This document shows positions 13,718-24,704 of a DNA stretch of 64,000 bases, piece by piece. The stretch is from Gordius albopunctatus (taxonomy: Eukaryota), in NCBI GenBank assembly GCA_964276515.1, contig OZ193909.1, forward strand, positions 18,042,001 through 18,106,000, given 5' to 3'. Both the position numbers and the translations under genes were made by a program. Under the pieces are notes generated by a model, which was given only the letters and a program-made list of their open reading frames with translations, was not told where the DNA came from and ran no database searches. Positions within the stretch are counted from its first letter, which is position 1. The number at the start of each line of letters is the position of its first letter.

Positions 13718-16517
13718 TAGAGATCTGCAACGGGCCGTTTTTAGAAGGCCGGCCCGCCCGTACCCATTTTTTAAACTTCAAGGCCCGTCCGGGCCCGCCA
13801 GTAATTTTTTTCCAACACCTCAGGACCGTCCGCAAATTTTTTAGGCCCGTCCAAGCCCGTCCGTAAATTTTTCAGGCCCGTTCATATCTGTTTACAAAAA
13901 CGTCAGGCCCGCCAAAGCCCATTCAGATTTTTCTAAAGAACTCCGCGCCCGGCCCCATAAAAAACTTCATAAAATTTTATTTTATTTGTTGACATAATAA
14001 TAAAAAAATATCAATAATTATTATTGAAAAATAATAAATTTTCAACTATTTCTGCATTTAATACACCTAAAAATTTTCAATATAGTACTACCATTAAATT
14101 ACATTAAAGTATTACAAGAGAATATTCCACTTTCAACAATTTACTTTTATTTGATACATTTAAGTTAATAAACCTAAGAAGTTAGAATTACGTATTACCA
14201 TTAAATTAATAAACTTTAATAAAATTACATAAGAGTATTCAACCTGAAGTTTACATTGATTTGATTAATTTATATCAGTTAATACACCAAATTTTTATAT
14301 TTAAAAAATATTTATAAAATTATATGGCTCTAATAATAAGTATACCAGTAAAATTTGTGATAAAATTAAACACAAAATTTTGGTGCATTGTAACTAAATA
14401 ATTCAACTTATACTTATAAAAGAACTGGATGAACCCGGTAAACGTTGTTTAGCCATTTACCCGGGTGTATTAGCAGAATATATATCATCTTATAGATAAA
14501 TTTCAATAGATTAAGAATATATCAAATATAATTTGTAAGTGTTTATTATGCAAAAATTTTTAAACAAATAGTTAAAGAGGGTCCAAGGCCCAGGCCCACC
14601 CAAGAGAGAAAACCTGGCCCTTTGCCCCCCCCCCAAGGGAAAAATCTTTGGCCCCTGGCCCTTCAAGCAATTTTTTTTAATTTTTTGTAATTAAGAAACA
14701 ATATCATAATTATAATTATTTGTTTCTGAATAAAACTTTTAATTCTGAACTTAATAATGTCCGAAGAACTGAGATATATCAATATTTATTGGCACTTTGT
14801 TAAAAGTATTTTCATTTTTCTCCTTATTTAACGCGCATGAGAAAATTAGATTTTTTAATTTATTTAGCCACGCAGGAGGGGACACGACCGTCCTATAATA
14901 ATAATAATAATAATTGACGTGAAAAATAAGCAAAAAAATGACATTGATATTTAATGTTTCAAAGCCCATAAAAATTTTCCATTTTCCGCAACACAATGCC
15001 TACTGTATTTATCACACTACCTACACGATAGATACGCAGTACGTCAGGAGGTTGCGTTTGATTCACGTTTTATTAAACGGCAAAACATATAAAACGAACT
15101 AACTCAAAAACTACTGGACCGATTTGGCTCGAACATATCTTAAAACATGCTCCGGAGTGTGGAGAATAAACTGTGAAATTTTGAGTTCTCCAAAATTTGT
15201 GGCGGCATACATACATACATACGAATCCGGGTGAACTGGGGAACATACAAATGAACAAAAAGGATGGATGAATGCCGTTGTTAATGCTTTTAAAACATAT
15301 GAACATAGGATTCTAAAGTCTAATTTGCATAATGTTATAACTTTTATAATAAATATAAAAAGCTATAAATAGCACAATATTAAACTATTTAAAGATAATG
15401 CATGAATGTGATAGATTATTTTATATTGGAGTTTAAATGGATAATATTGTAGGTTGAATCTTTGTAAGGCAAGAATGGCACAATATATATTAATTTAAGA
15501 TATATATTAGATTGTAAATTGTATAAAATGTTAGCTTTTAAAGTCAATTTAAAAGATGAAGTGATATAATTATAGCCGTAAACTAATTTTACTCCCTAAT
15601 AAATTTACATTGTATTCATTTTGTATGCAACATGCATCCTAAAAAAGTTGATCGACTATATATGTTATTAATCACAACATTCTTAGAAACACACCTACAA
15701 AATTTTACTTATAAATTATATGTGGGTCAAAAGTAGTTACACCCTTCAAATAAATCACATGTTGCTGCTGCCTGTGCTGATCCTTTATGATACACAAAAT
15801 CACAGTTTCTAACCCTAAAAATCTATTTAAACATGACATTTTGGTATGTATTACAAATCTTAAACTTAGATACTTATATAATCCTAATATACAGTACACA
15901 TTTTGGCAAATTTTAAACAACTTAGTTTCTATCCCTAAAAATCTTCATAAACATGACATTTATAAGTTTAGTTTAAATAAATATTTACCTACTTAAAGAA
16001 GATGCAATAATATAGTATGTTGTATATTGGAGTGCGAACTTTATTATATTATCATGGACGTAGCCGGCATTTCAATTAGAGGGAGGGGCAATAATTATTT
16101 AAGAAGGTACAGAATGAACAATTTAAGAAATTTTAGGTATAATTTTAATAAATGTTAAGAATTTTTTGGATTCAGAGGAGGGCAGCCGCCCCTCTTTGCC
16201 CCCCCCCCCTTGGCTACGCCTATAAATATTGTAGATTTAAAATGAATTCAATTGTAAGGGACTATAAATAGCTTGCTATTTAATTAAAAGAAGATCCAAT
16301 AATATGGTGGTAGATTGTATATTGGAGTGCAAATCGTGTAATATTATAGCTTTTATGATAAGTTTAATTGCAGAAGGCTATAAATAGCCTGTTATAGCCT
16401 GATATTTAACTAGAGAATGTTTCAATTGCAAATTGTATATTATAGATTTTAAAATTAGTTTGATCTTTTTATTACGGGCGGGCCGACTGACCGAAACAGG
16501 CCCGTTGCAAGTCTCTA
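13718..16517. mobile_element. hAT-like non-autonomous element ends
   Basis: TIRs TAGAGATCTGCAACGGGCC / GGCCCGTTGCAAGTCTCTA with repeated GGCCCG subterminal motifs; no matching TSD found. Confidence 0.45.
14425..15225 (-). mobile_element. Second Helitron-like copy, inverted and nested
   Basis: 15050-15225 is the reverse complement of 13503-13690 with substitutions and a short deletion; minus-strand 3' end CAACGTTTACCGGGTTCATCCAG|T at 14425-14447 resembles 18063-18085. Confidence 0.6.
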
Positions 16518-16638
16518 CTCTGAAGATATTTTAGTGTTCTTACCCTGACGATGTTTTCATTATTTTATTCGACTCATTGGTCTTTACTCTCTTAGATAAA
16601 AGAATATTTTGTGCAATTCTAAATGTAGGCAAATTTAT

Positions 16639-17697
16639 TTAAATTTCTAATGGCGATTCATGACTTTGTAGATGCATATAACTAGATACATGGTCAACAT
16701 AATTATATAAATCAATTTTTTCCACGGCATAACTTTGCATTAATCGATTAATATTTGAATTTATAATTTCATATTTACAATTAACAGAGAAGACTTGCTT
16801 CCCTTGTGAAATATGTAATATATTATTATCGATTTTGGTTTTATGTTCGCCAAGATAATTGACAAAATCGTAAATATTGGGGTGGGCCTGACCAATAAGG
16901 CTCTTTATGCTATTGTGGTACCCCTCCAAATGGTTATTTGTGCGGGGCCCTGTTGCATTAAGCCTCTGCCAAATTTCATAGGGAAAAGTGGAGCTTGGAC
17001 AGACCGGTGGCCTGGGGATAAAAGCTCAGATCAGGGACATCCCTTAACCTCTGAGCAATGACCCTGTTATGTATTGTGCTAAGCTTCTCCTTAGACTCAG
17101 CAATCACTGCACTTTTTAGGTCCCGGAGTGTAATGAAATATTCATAATCTCCCCTAGGTTTTTCATGATTGTGTCCAGAAGTGACCTCAGGAAATGTGGA
17201 CATTTTTGCTTTCCTGGGGCACATTTTATCCCTACATTTATAATATGTTGTTGAGGTCTTTGTGGTTATTATTTGGTACAGAAAATTATTAAAATATAAG
17301 ATGGAGCCCTTCCTTTGAGATGGAATAAATTCCATGGTATCTAGAAAAAATCAACATATTATTAAAAGAAGGATTAAAAACGTTGTGGACTGGACTGAAT
17401 TCCTTGCATGGCATCCAACATTGCCTCTGCATCATGAATGCAACCTTAATTTTATTTAAGATTCTATTTAAATTTAAAGTTTAATATTCCAATTAAGAGA
17501 GGTATTGACTAATGATGATGAATTTATCACAGGTAAGGTTCTGGAACCCAAGGTACTTGATACATTAATACCTATATACAAGAATTAGAAAGAATAAGAT
17601 TTGTAATACTAACATCTAAAAGTGGTATTGACTAATGAAGATGATGAATTTATCAGAGGTAAGGTTATAGGACCCAAGGTACTTGATACATTATTAC
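16639..17697 (-). pseudogene. Spliced FLYWCH zinc-finger / Mutator-family transposase remnant with internal deletion
   Basis: FLYWCH-like segment (L.F..FLY...YYKC....C...H.H) at 17335-17165; in another frame FPYEIW...PRTNNHLEGYHN..HPNIYDF (MULE C-terminal motif). In-phase upstream exons 17697-17614, 17571-~17490, 17444-17382 separated by 41-45 nt introns. Confidence 0.75.
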
Positions 17698-18277
17698 CTA
17701 TATACAATTTTGTAGTTCCAAAGATGAAGTCTTAATATTATTGCATGTTTAATTATTTAGTTCTACTTATAATTATTTTAGATTATGGCTACACCCTTGA
17801 AATTGTTATTATATTTTTTTGTTTAAAGAAGTTTTAAGGTTAATATAAAATTAATAGAGTTTCAGTGAGATTTACATCGGTTATTTTGGCAAAAATCTAA
17901 TGGCCCTTTTTTGTGATAAATCTCTTTTATCAGAAGTAATTAGCCATTATGAATTAAAACTGCATAGAAGTAGAACATATAGACATCAAACTTTATTTTT
18001 ACTTCAATAACTTCTTTATCATCTTATATGCCCTGAAATTGCAACATAATTTTATACACCCTGGACGTTTGCCGGATTCATCTAGTTTTATTTTAAAGAT
18101 TGTTCTATGAGATCGCAAATATTTTACCGAGTAATCATAAATGTATTAAAAAATTTTTAAAATAAACTAGTTTCTGTGAAAAGATAACTTTAACATCTCT
18201 ATCCAATTTATATTACTTTATTTAATTTAAAAAATGTGGTACAAAAAGATACAAATGAATGTAAATAAATAATTATC

Positions 18278-20657
18278 ATATAAACTCGGGCCTTCGGCCC
18301 TCGTGGGAAGGGGGAAGGGGAGGAGGGGAAGGAAGGGGGAACTCATCTACACTCCGTATAAATGTATCATATTTGCTATGCAATTTATGGAAATACTTAC
18401 GTGAATATTGCAAAACGAAGGTTGGAAGCACTAAATAAGTGTATATGCCAAATATCATAAAGGGGGAGAGAGGGAGCGAAGGGGAAGCTTTATGGTTAGT
18501 TAAATTCAACGGGAGTTGTATTACCAAAAAGTCATAATAGCAATGGTAGGAACAGGAACAATCATAATAGTCAAAAAAACGAAAAATAATTTTCGAATCA
18601 CATTTTGGCCAAAGGTCATTTTTTCCATTGGTCAGCAGCCAGGACACGGTAAAAGTAGATATAAATTCATAATGGTCAAAAAAAAACGAAAAAAAAATTT
18701 TCGAATCACATTTTGGCCAATGGTCATTTTATTCCATTGGTCAGCAGCCAGCGGACAGCCAAAAAGTCATAATAGCAATGGTAGGAACAGGAACAATCAT
18801 AATATTCAAAAAAAACGAAAAAATAAACTCGGATACACATTTTGGCCAATGGTCATTTTTTTTCCATTGGTCAGCAGCCAGGACACGGTAAAAGTGGATA
18901 TAAATTCATAACAGTCAAAAAAAACGAAAAAAAAGTTTTCGAATCACATTTTGGCCAATGGTCATTTTATTCCATTGGTCAGCAGCCAGCGGGCGGCCAA
19001 AAAGTCATAATAGCAATGGTAGGAACAGGAACAATCATAATAGTCAAAAAAAACGGAAAAAATAATTTCGATTCACATTTTGGCCAATGGTCATTTTTTT
19101 CCATTGGTCAGCAGCCAGGACACGGTAAAAGTGGATATAAATTCATAACAGTCAAAAAAAACGAAAAAAAAGTTTTCGAATCACATTTTGGCCAATGGTC
19201 ATTTTATTCCATTGGTCAGCAGCCAGCGGGCGGCCAAAAAGTCATAATAGCAATGGTAGGAACAGGAACAATCATAATAGTCAAAAAAACGGAAAAAATA
19301 ATTTCGATTCACATTTTGGCCAATGGTCATTTTTTTCCATTGGTCAGCAGCCAGGACACGGTAAAAGTGGATATAAATTCATAACAGTCAAAAAAAAACG
19401 AAAAAAAATTTTCGAATCACATTTTGGCCAATGGTCATTTTATTCCATTGGTCAGCAGCCAGCGGACGGCCAAAAAGTCATAATAGCAATGGTAGGAACA
19501 GGAACAATCATAATATTCAAAAAAAACGAAAAAATAAACTCGGATACACATTTTGGCCAATGGTCATTTTTTTCATTGGTCAGCAGCCAGCGGACGGCCA
19601 AAAAGTCTTATTATCATTGATAGTAACAAGAACAATCATAAGAGTCAAAAAAAACTCCGGGATTCTAACCCAAAAACTAGATAAATTGCATAGCAATTAT
19701 TAAAAAGTATAGGGTAATTATCAATGTTAACCTATTCAAAAACGAACAAAAAATTTTGATTTATTTGGCCAATGGTAATTTTTTTCAATTATCAATGTTA
19801 ACTTATTCAAAAAGGAAAAACGAAAAATTAGGATTTATTTGGCCAATGTTCATTTTTTCATTGGTCAGTAGCCAGCGGACGGTCAAAAAGTCATATTATC
19901 AATGGTATTAACAAGAACAAAATATTAAATTAATTAAAAAAATAAAAATTTTGCCCTCTCCGGGATTCGAACCCACATTAAATAGAGGCATAAGCCTTTG
20001 GAGGGGAACAGGGAACCATATAAATAGAGCCATAGGCCCTTGTAGGGGAGGGCATAGGGTAATTATCAATGTTAAACTATTCAAAAACGAAAAATTAAAA
20101 ATTTCGATTTATCTGGCAAGTGGTCATTTTTTCATTGGTCAGTAGCCTGCGGACGGTCAAAAATTCATATTATCAATGGTATTAACAAGAACAATATATT
20201 AATTTAATTTAAAAAAAAATAAAAATTTTTGTCCTCTCCGGGTCTCGAACCATCAATTTAGAACGTTCGCAGGGATTCAAACCCACATTAAATAGAGGCA
20301 TAAGCCTTTGGAGGGGAACAGGGAACCATATAAATAGAACCATAGGCCCTTGTAGGGGACGGCATAGGGTAATTATCAATGTTAAACTATTCAAAAACGA
20401 AAAATTAAAAATTTCGATTTATCTGGCCAGTGGTCATTTTTTCATTGGTCAGTAGCCTGCGGACGGTCAAAAAGTCATATTATCAATGGTATTAACAAGA
20501 AAAAAATATTAATTTAATTTAAAAAAAAAAAAATGTTTGTCCTCTCCGGGTCTCGAACCCGCAACCTCCAGGTCGGGAAGCTGGTGTAAATAACTTGGTA
20601 GACGGACGGACGGACGGACGGACAACCAAAAACGAGCCCATAAATTGCATAGCAATT
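18278..20657 (-). mobile_element. DINE-1/HINE-like (non-autonomous Helentron-type) element with central tandem repeats
   Basis: 18-bp subterminal inverted repeat TTGCTATGCAATTTATGG (18373-18390) / CCATAAATTGCATAGCAA (20638-20655); terminal hairpin GGGCC-TTC-GGCCC (18288-18300); (GACG)5 microsatellite at 20601-20623; internal tandem arrays. Confidence 0.75.
18520..19620. repeat. Higher-order tandem array of alternating ~108 and ~129 bp units (~237-bp dimer)
   Basis: Core TTTTGGCCAA(T/A)GGTCATTTT..CCATTGGTCAGCAGCCAG starts at 18603, 18711, 18840, 18949, 19078, 19186, 19314, 19422 and 19551. Confidence 0.95.
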
Positions 20658-20709
20658 AAAATATCTAAAATTAAATGTACATTGAAAATTGTCATCATTT
20701 GTAATTTTC

Positions 20710-21750
20710 TTAAATAGAAGTAAGAATATCTTCAATAACTGATTCTTCTAAAAAATTTTCAAATTTCTCGAGGTCGAGAGTTCGCTGTAGTTTGCCTAAT
20801 TCATTATTTTGTTCAAGGGTTTCGGCTTCTTTTATTGCGTATCTTCTCAGTATTCTTCTTGCTCCAGATGCCCATAATCTAGTTTCTCCGAGGTTAATAA
20901 AAAATTTATTTACCACAACTTTGCTGAAAATGCTGTCCAGGGGCTCTGTGTTATCATCATCCAGAAGGGCCAAGAGTTTTGTATAGACCCTTGGACTTCT
21001 TTTGGCTGACAAGAAAGTAAAACTTTTTTTATTTAATAGCCTTGCAAAAGGCCAAGTTTGGCTTTTGTTAGACTTAAGCCATCTTAACATGCGAGTTATA
21101 TCCTTAACTGCACAGCGGTCTATTGGACCAAGAAACAATTCTACCGCTATCCTATATTGCACTTTGTATTTGTTTGCTATAACCATTGGCAGTGTAAATA
21201 TAGGCATTCCATTACAATACAATTGCTGTAGACAAGATGACTTGAAGTACATTTTGATTTGAGATTCACTATCACTTGGCTCCCCCGTTTCATTAGTAAT
21301 TTCCCGACATATTTGTTTGATTAAGGTGATGAACGGCAAAGTTGATCTCACTACAAAGCAGTTAAAATTAGTCCAGGCTCTTTGGTCTATTTGGATTGGA
21401 GGACATGAGAAAGATAAAGATTTATAGAGAGCTTTAAATAAATTGTGAGATTTTGTTGGAAATGCATTCCGTACATTAGAAACATTTTTGACAATTAGTC
21501 TGCAAAGAATCAAGCAAATATGAGACAATCTCGCCACTAGCATTTTGAGTAACCTATTTCTTCCACAAACAAGGTAGTAATAACAGGAGATTTTGTAATT
21601 ATAATCAGATGCCAATATTGCAGCATTAATTCCTTCCGATCCTGGATAATTTTCTCCTAAGATTTTTTGAGGGTCTGTAATAGAAAGTCCAAAGCCAACC
21701 AACTCATTTAAATAAGGAAGGTCTTTAGTTCCATGTTCTGGAATACATGT
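20710..21750 (-). other. Candidate endogenous viral element: rhabdovirus-like nucleocapsid (N) protein ORF
   Basis: Intronless frame open for ~346 codons in a genome whose genes have short exons. Ordered motifs ICLILCRLIVK, FKALY, QLYCNGMPIF, RCAVKDI, TWPFARLLNKKSFTFLSAK..P.VY..L resemble the conserved blocks of plant/invertebrate rhabdovirus N proteins. Recognition only; no search run. Confidence 0.7.
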
Positions 21751-21751
21751 C

Positions 21752-21954
21752 TAGAGTTGTTAAATTGCTAACTTTCTTCAACTCCAGCTACCATCTGCTC
21801 GAGTTTCTGCTTGGTCCTCAAGCATTTTTATATGCTAATGTTCTACCTAGTGCACCGAACAGAGAGTGCATATTGTGCTAACGCGCATATTAAGCAACTC
21901 AGTGTGCGTGCTCGCGTCTGGAGTTTGAAGAAAGTTAGCAATTTAACAACTCTA
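21752..21954. mobile_element. hAT-type MITE (203 bp) inserted at the 5' part of the N-like ORF
   Basis: ~37-bp TIRs TAGAGTTGTTAAATTGCTAACTTTCTTCAA(A)CTCCAG; 8-bp TSD TACATGTC (21744-21751, 21955-21962). Confidence 0.92.
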
Positions 21955-22228
21955 TACATGTCAAATCTTCCACAAAATGGCATTAACATGTAGATGAGAT
22001 GGCGAATGGCAGTAAGAAATAAAGGTCGATTCAATATAAGCGTGTTTCTACCTCTCATTATGGTGAAAGGAAACAAAATACGTTAAAGTAAATGTGTAAC
22101 GATATACATTTAAAACACTACTAAAAATAATCAATTTAACGATAATGGGCAAGGTAGTCTGAAAAATTGTATCAAAATTGATTGAACATGTATAAAAAAC
22201 AGAGTAAGTTATTACTAAGCTAAAAATA

Positions 22229-22460
<232 letters not shown>

Positions 22461-22502
22461 TTTAAAAAAGGTGTGGGAAGGGAAATGCCCATATTTTGGC
22501 AA

Positions 22503-23308
22503 CTAATAGACCTTTTTGGATGCGGCAAACGCTATTTTACCCCTGGCCGCCTTGGAAACCTGCGGGTAAAATTTGGATGCTTACTTAAGTAACAACACAA
22601 CATAATTTCTTTAATTCTTGCCCTTTAAATTATCACATAAAATTTCACAATATAAATAAAAATAAATAAGTATGAAACATCAATCTTATATATATAGGCA
22701 ATGATATAAGAGATATGCAAAATAGGCAATTTATATACATTATTCTAAAATTATATAGGGTTTTATAAACAGAAAATTAAGAAAAAAGAATACAAATTTT
22801 ATTTGAATTTTTCAATTATGTATGACGTCATTATTGTATATGATGCTATAAATGAAACTGGCCGGAAAATGTCCGATATTTTTAAAACGAAAAGGTATTT
22901 TAGGAATCTGAAGAAGCTTTTTTACCCCTGGACGCCCTGGGAACCTACGGGTAAAGTTTAGAGCGAATCGGGCTGGTAGTTTCAGAATTTAGCCCTTACA
23001 TACATACACTTTACTTTATATATATACATGGGCGTAGCCAGCTTTCGGATCAGGGGGGGGCGAGCAAAACGCAACTACTAATCTCAATATTTAATTCTTA
23101 TATAATTTAAATTTGCGTCAAAAGGTCGTCAAATAAAATTTTCAACATAAAACTTAATTTCAATCAGGGGGGGCGAAACACTAATTTTTTCCAATTTTTA
23201 CATAAATTTACATTAAAAAATAGAAAAATTCTCATTCAGGGGGGGGCGGCCGCCCCCCCCCCTGCCCCCCCCCCTGCCTACGCCCATGTATATATAGATA
23301 TATAGATA
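22503..23308 (-). mobile_element. Helitron-like non-autonomous copy interrupted by a MITE in its TA-rich 5' end
   Basis: Minus strand reads TCTATATA..[MITE]..TATATAAAGTAAAGTGTGTATG..GAAACTACCAGCCCGATT, similar to the 13478 head; GCGTTTGCCG near the putative 3' end. Confidence 0.45.
23027..23288. mobile_element. MITE of the abundant CATGGGCGTAG...CTACGCCCATG family
   Basis: 11-bp perfect TIR in a (TA)n context with poly-G/poly-C subterminal tracts. Related, mostly decayed copies near 1180, 16053, 29527, 31380, 36195, 43716, 45740, 48811, 49719, 53250, 54055, 54281, 56561, 57819, 58739 and 60262. Confidence 0.8.
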
Positions 23309-23345
23309 TACAAAGTTCCTATATTAATTTATCACAACAAATTAT

Positions 23346-24704
23346 TTGCTAAGTATTTTATACAACTAAGTATTTTTAGCGTCATTGTTAAGTATTTTAT
23401 TCATTTGCTAAGTATTTAATTCGTTTGCTAGGTTTTTTAATTAATGCTAAGTTTTAAATTCAAATGCTAGGTATTTTATTCATTTGCTAAGTATTTAAAT
23501 AAATTATGCTAGGTTTATAAATAAATTATGTTAAGTATTCAAACGATTTTATAAATTTTAAAACAAATTAAACTGTCTGTTTTTTATATAACATTTAATA
23601 TGACATTGTGAATGTGATCGAACAATAACTGGCGTTCTTTGGCACCAAGATCACACACCAATTTGACATACATTTATTTAATTACTTAATTATGCAAGTC
23701 CAACAAATCTCGCCTTATTTATGAGACGAAGAGGAAGAAGCAGGAAGCTCCGGAGTTGAAATTCATAGCAGGTAGTGGTACAGATATTTTTTTATTCAAA
23801 TCTAAAATAAATTCCCCCCCCCCTTATTTTTTACCCTTTTCGTCACCAGGGAGATTTTTTACCCTCTTTCTCACCAGGGAGGGGGGGGGGCAAATTACTC
23901 CCCTCCCCCCTGTTAAAAAGGGGTAAAAAGAGGGGGGGTGGGCAAATCACCCCCTTCCCCCTGGTTAGAAAGAGGGTAAAAAATAAGGGGGAGGGTTGAA
24001 AAAAGGGGGGGGGGGTAAAATCACCTCCCTCCCCCCCCCCAGGTGAGTAAAGGGTAAAAAAGAAGGGGGGGGGGCAAATCACCCCCCTCTCCTCTGGTGA
24101 GAAAGAGGATAAAAGATAAGGGGGGGGGGGAGGAACCAACGGGACAAAAAGATGGAGAGGGGCAAAGTTCTTAATTTATTTTAAAAAAAATTTTATACCA
24201 ATTAAAATATTATTTATACAATATAAGCGCAAAATAAATAAATCTGAGCATTTTAAAGTTAATTTACTGAGCAATTTTGAATTTTTAACTGAGCACTTTA
24301 ATAAAATACTGAGCCCATTTTACTGAGCATTTAAATAACATCCTTAAAATTAAACATTTCCTTTGAAATTATTACCATTAAAACTTTGTCCTTTTTAGCT
24401 TTAAAACCTTATTATCTTATATTTTTTTAATACTCAGCATTTTGATTAAAATTCATAATTTAGATTTTTTAAATAAAATACTTGTCATTTTAATAAAAAA
24501 AACTTAGCATATCAAAATAAAAACTTAGCAATTTAATAATAAGAACTTAGCATTTAAAAACAAAATCCTTAGCATTTCCTTTAAAATACTTAGCATTTAG
24601 ATTAAAATACTTGGCATAAAATACTTAGCCTTCTTTAATAAAATACTTAGCACTTTAATTAAAATACTTAGCATAAATAACTTAGCAATTTGTAATTAAC
24701 ACCC
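23346..24704. mobile_element. Foldback-like element with inverted arrays of short subrepeats and a G/C-run core
   Basis: (TGCTAAGTATTT)-type subrepeats at 23346-23540 and their reverse complement (AAATACTTAGCA) at 24470-24692; poly-G/poly-C minisatellite at 23810-24130. Confidence 0.6.

Larger units (their letters stand above)
13478..18085 (+). mobile_element. Putative non-autonomous Helitron-like element containing nested insertions
   Basis: 5' A|TCTTATATATAAAAATGAAACTATGTGTGTGTGTATG; 3' GACGTTTGCCGGATTCATCTAG|T (TC...CTAG between A and T). Pairing of these two ends is inferred. Confidence 0.55.

Noticed and set aside
18520..19620. CRISPR-like array (palindromic ~40-bp repeats with spacers, near a virus-like ORF)
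   Set aside because: The spacers are not unique but alternate between two sequences, there are no cas-like ORFs and the context is eukaryotic; it is a tandem repeat inside a transposon.
18276..19703. ORFs of 90-180 aa over the tandem array
   Set aside because: By-products of a ~237-bp (multiple of 3) repeat; frames shift at homopolymer length variants and show no domain.
19955..19980. tRNA gene
   Set aside because: Only a B-box/T-arm-like motif; no A-box, acceptor stem or cloverleaf could be built.
23843..24139. Proline-rich 98-aa ORF
   Set aside because: Translation of the poly-C/G minisatellite.
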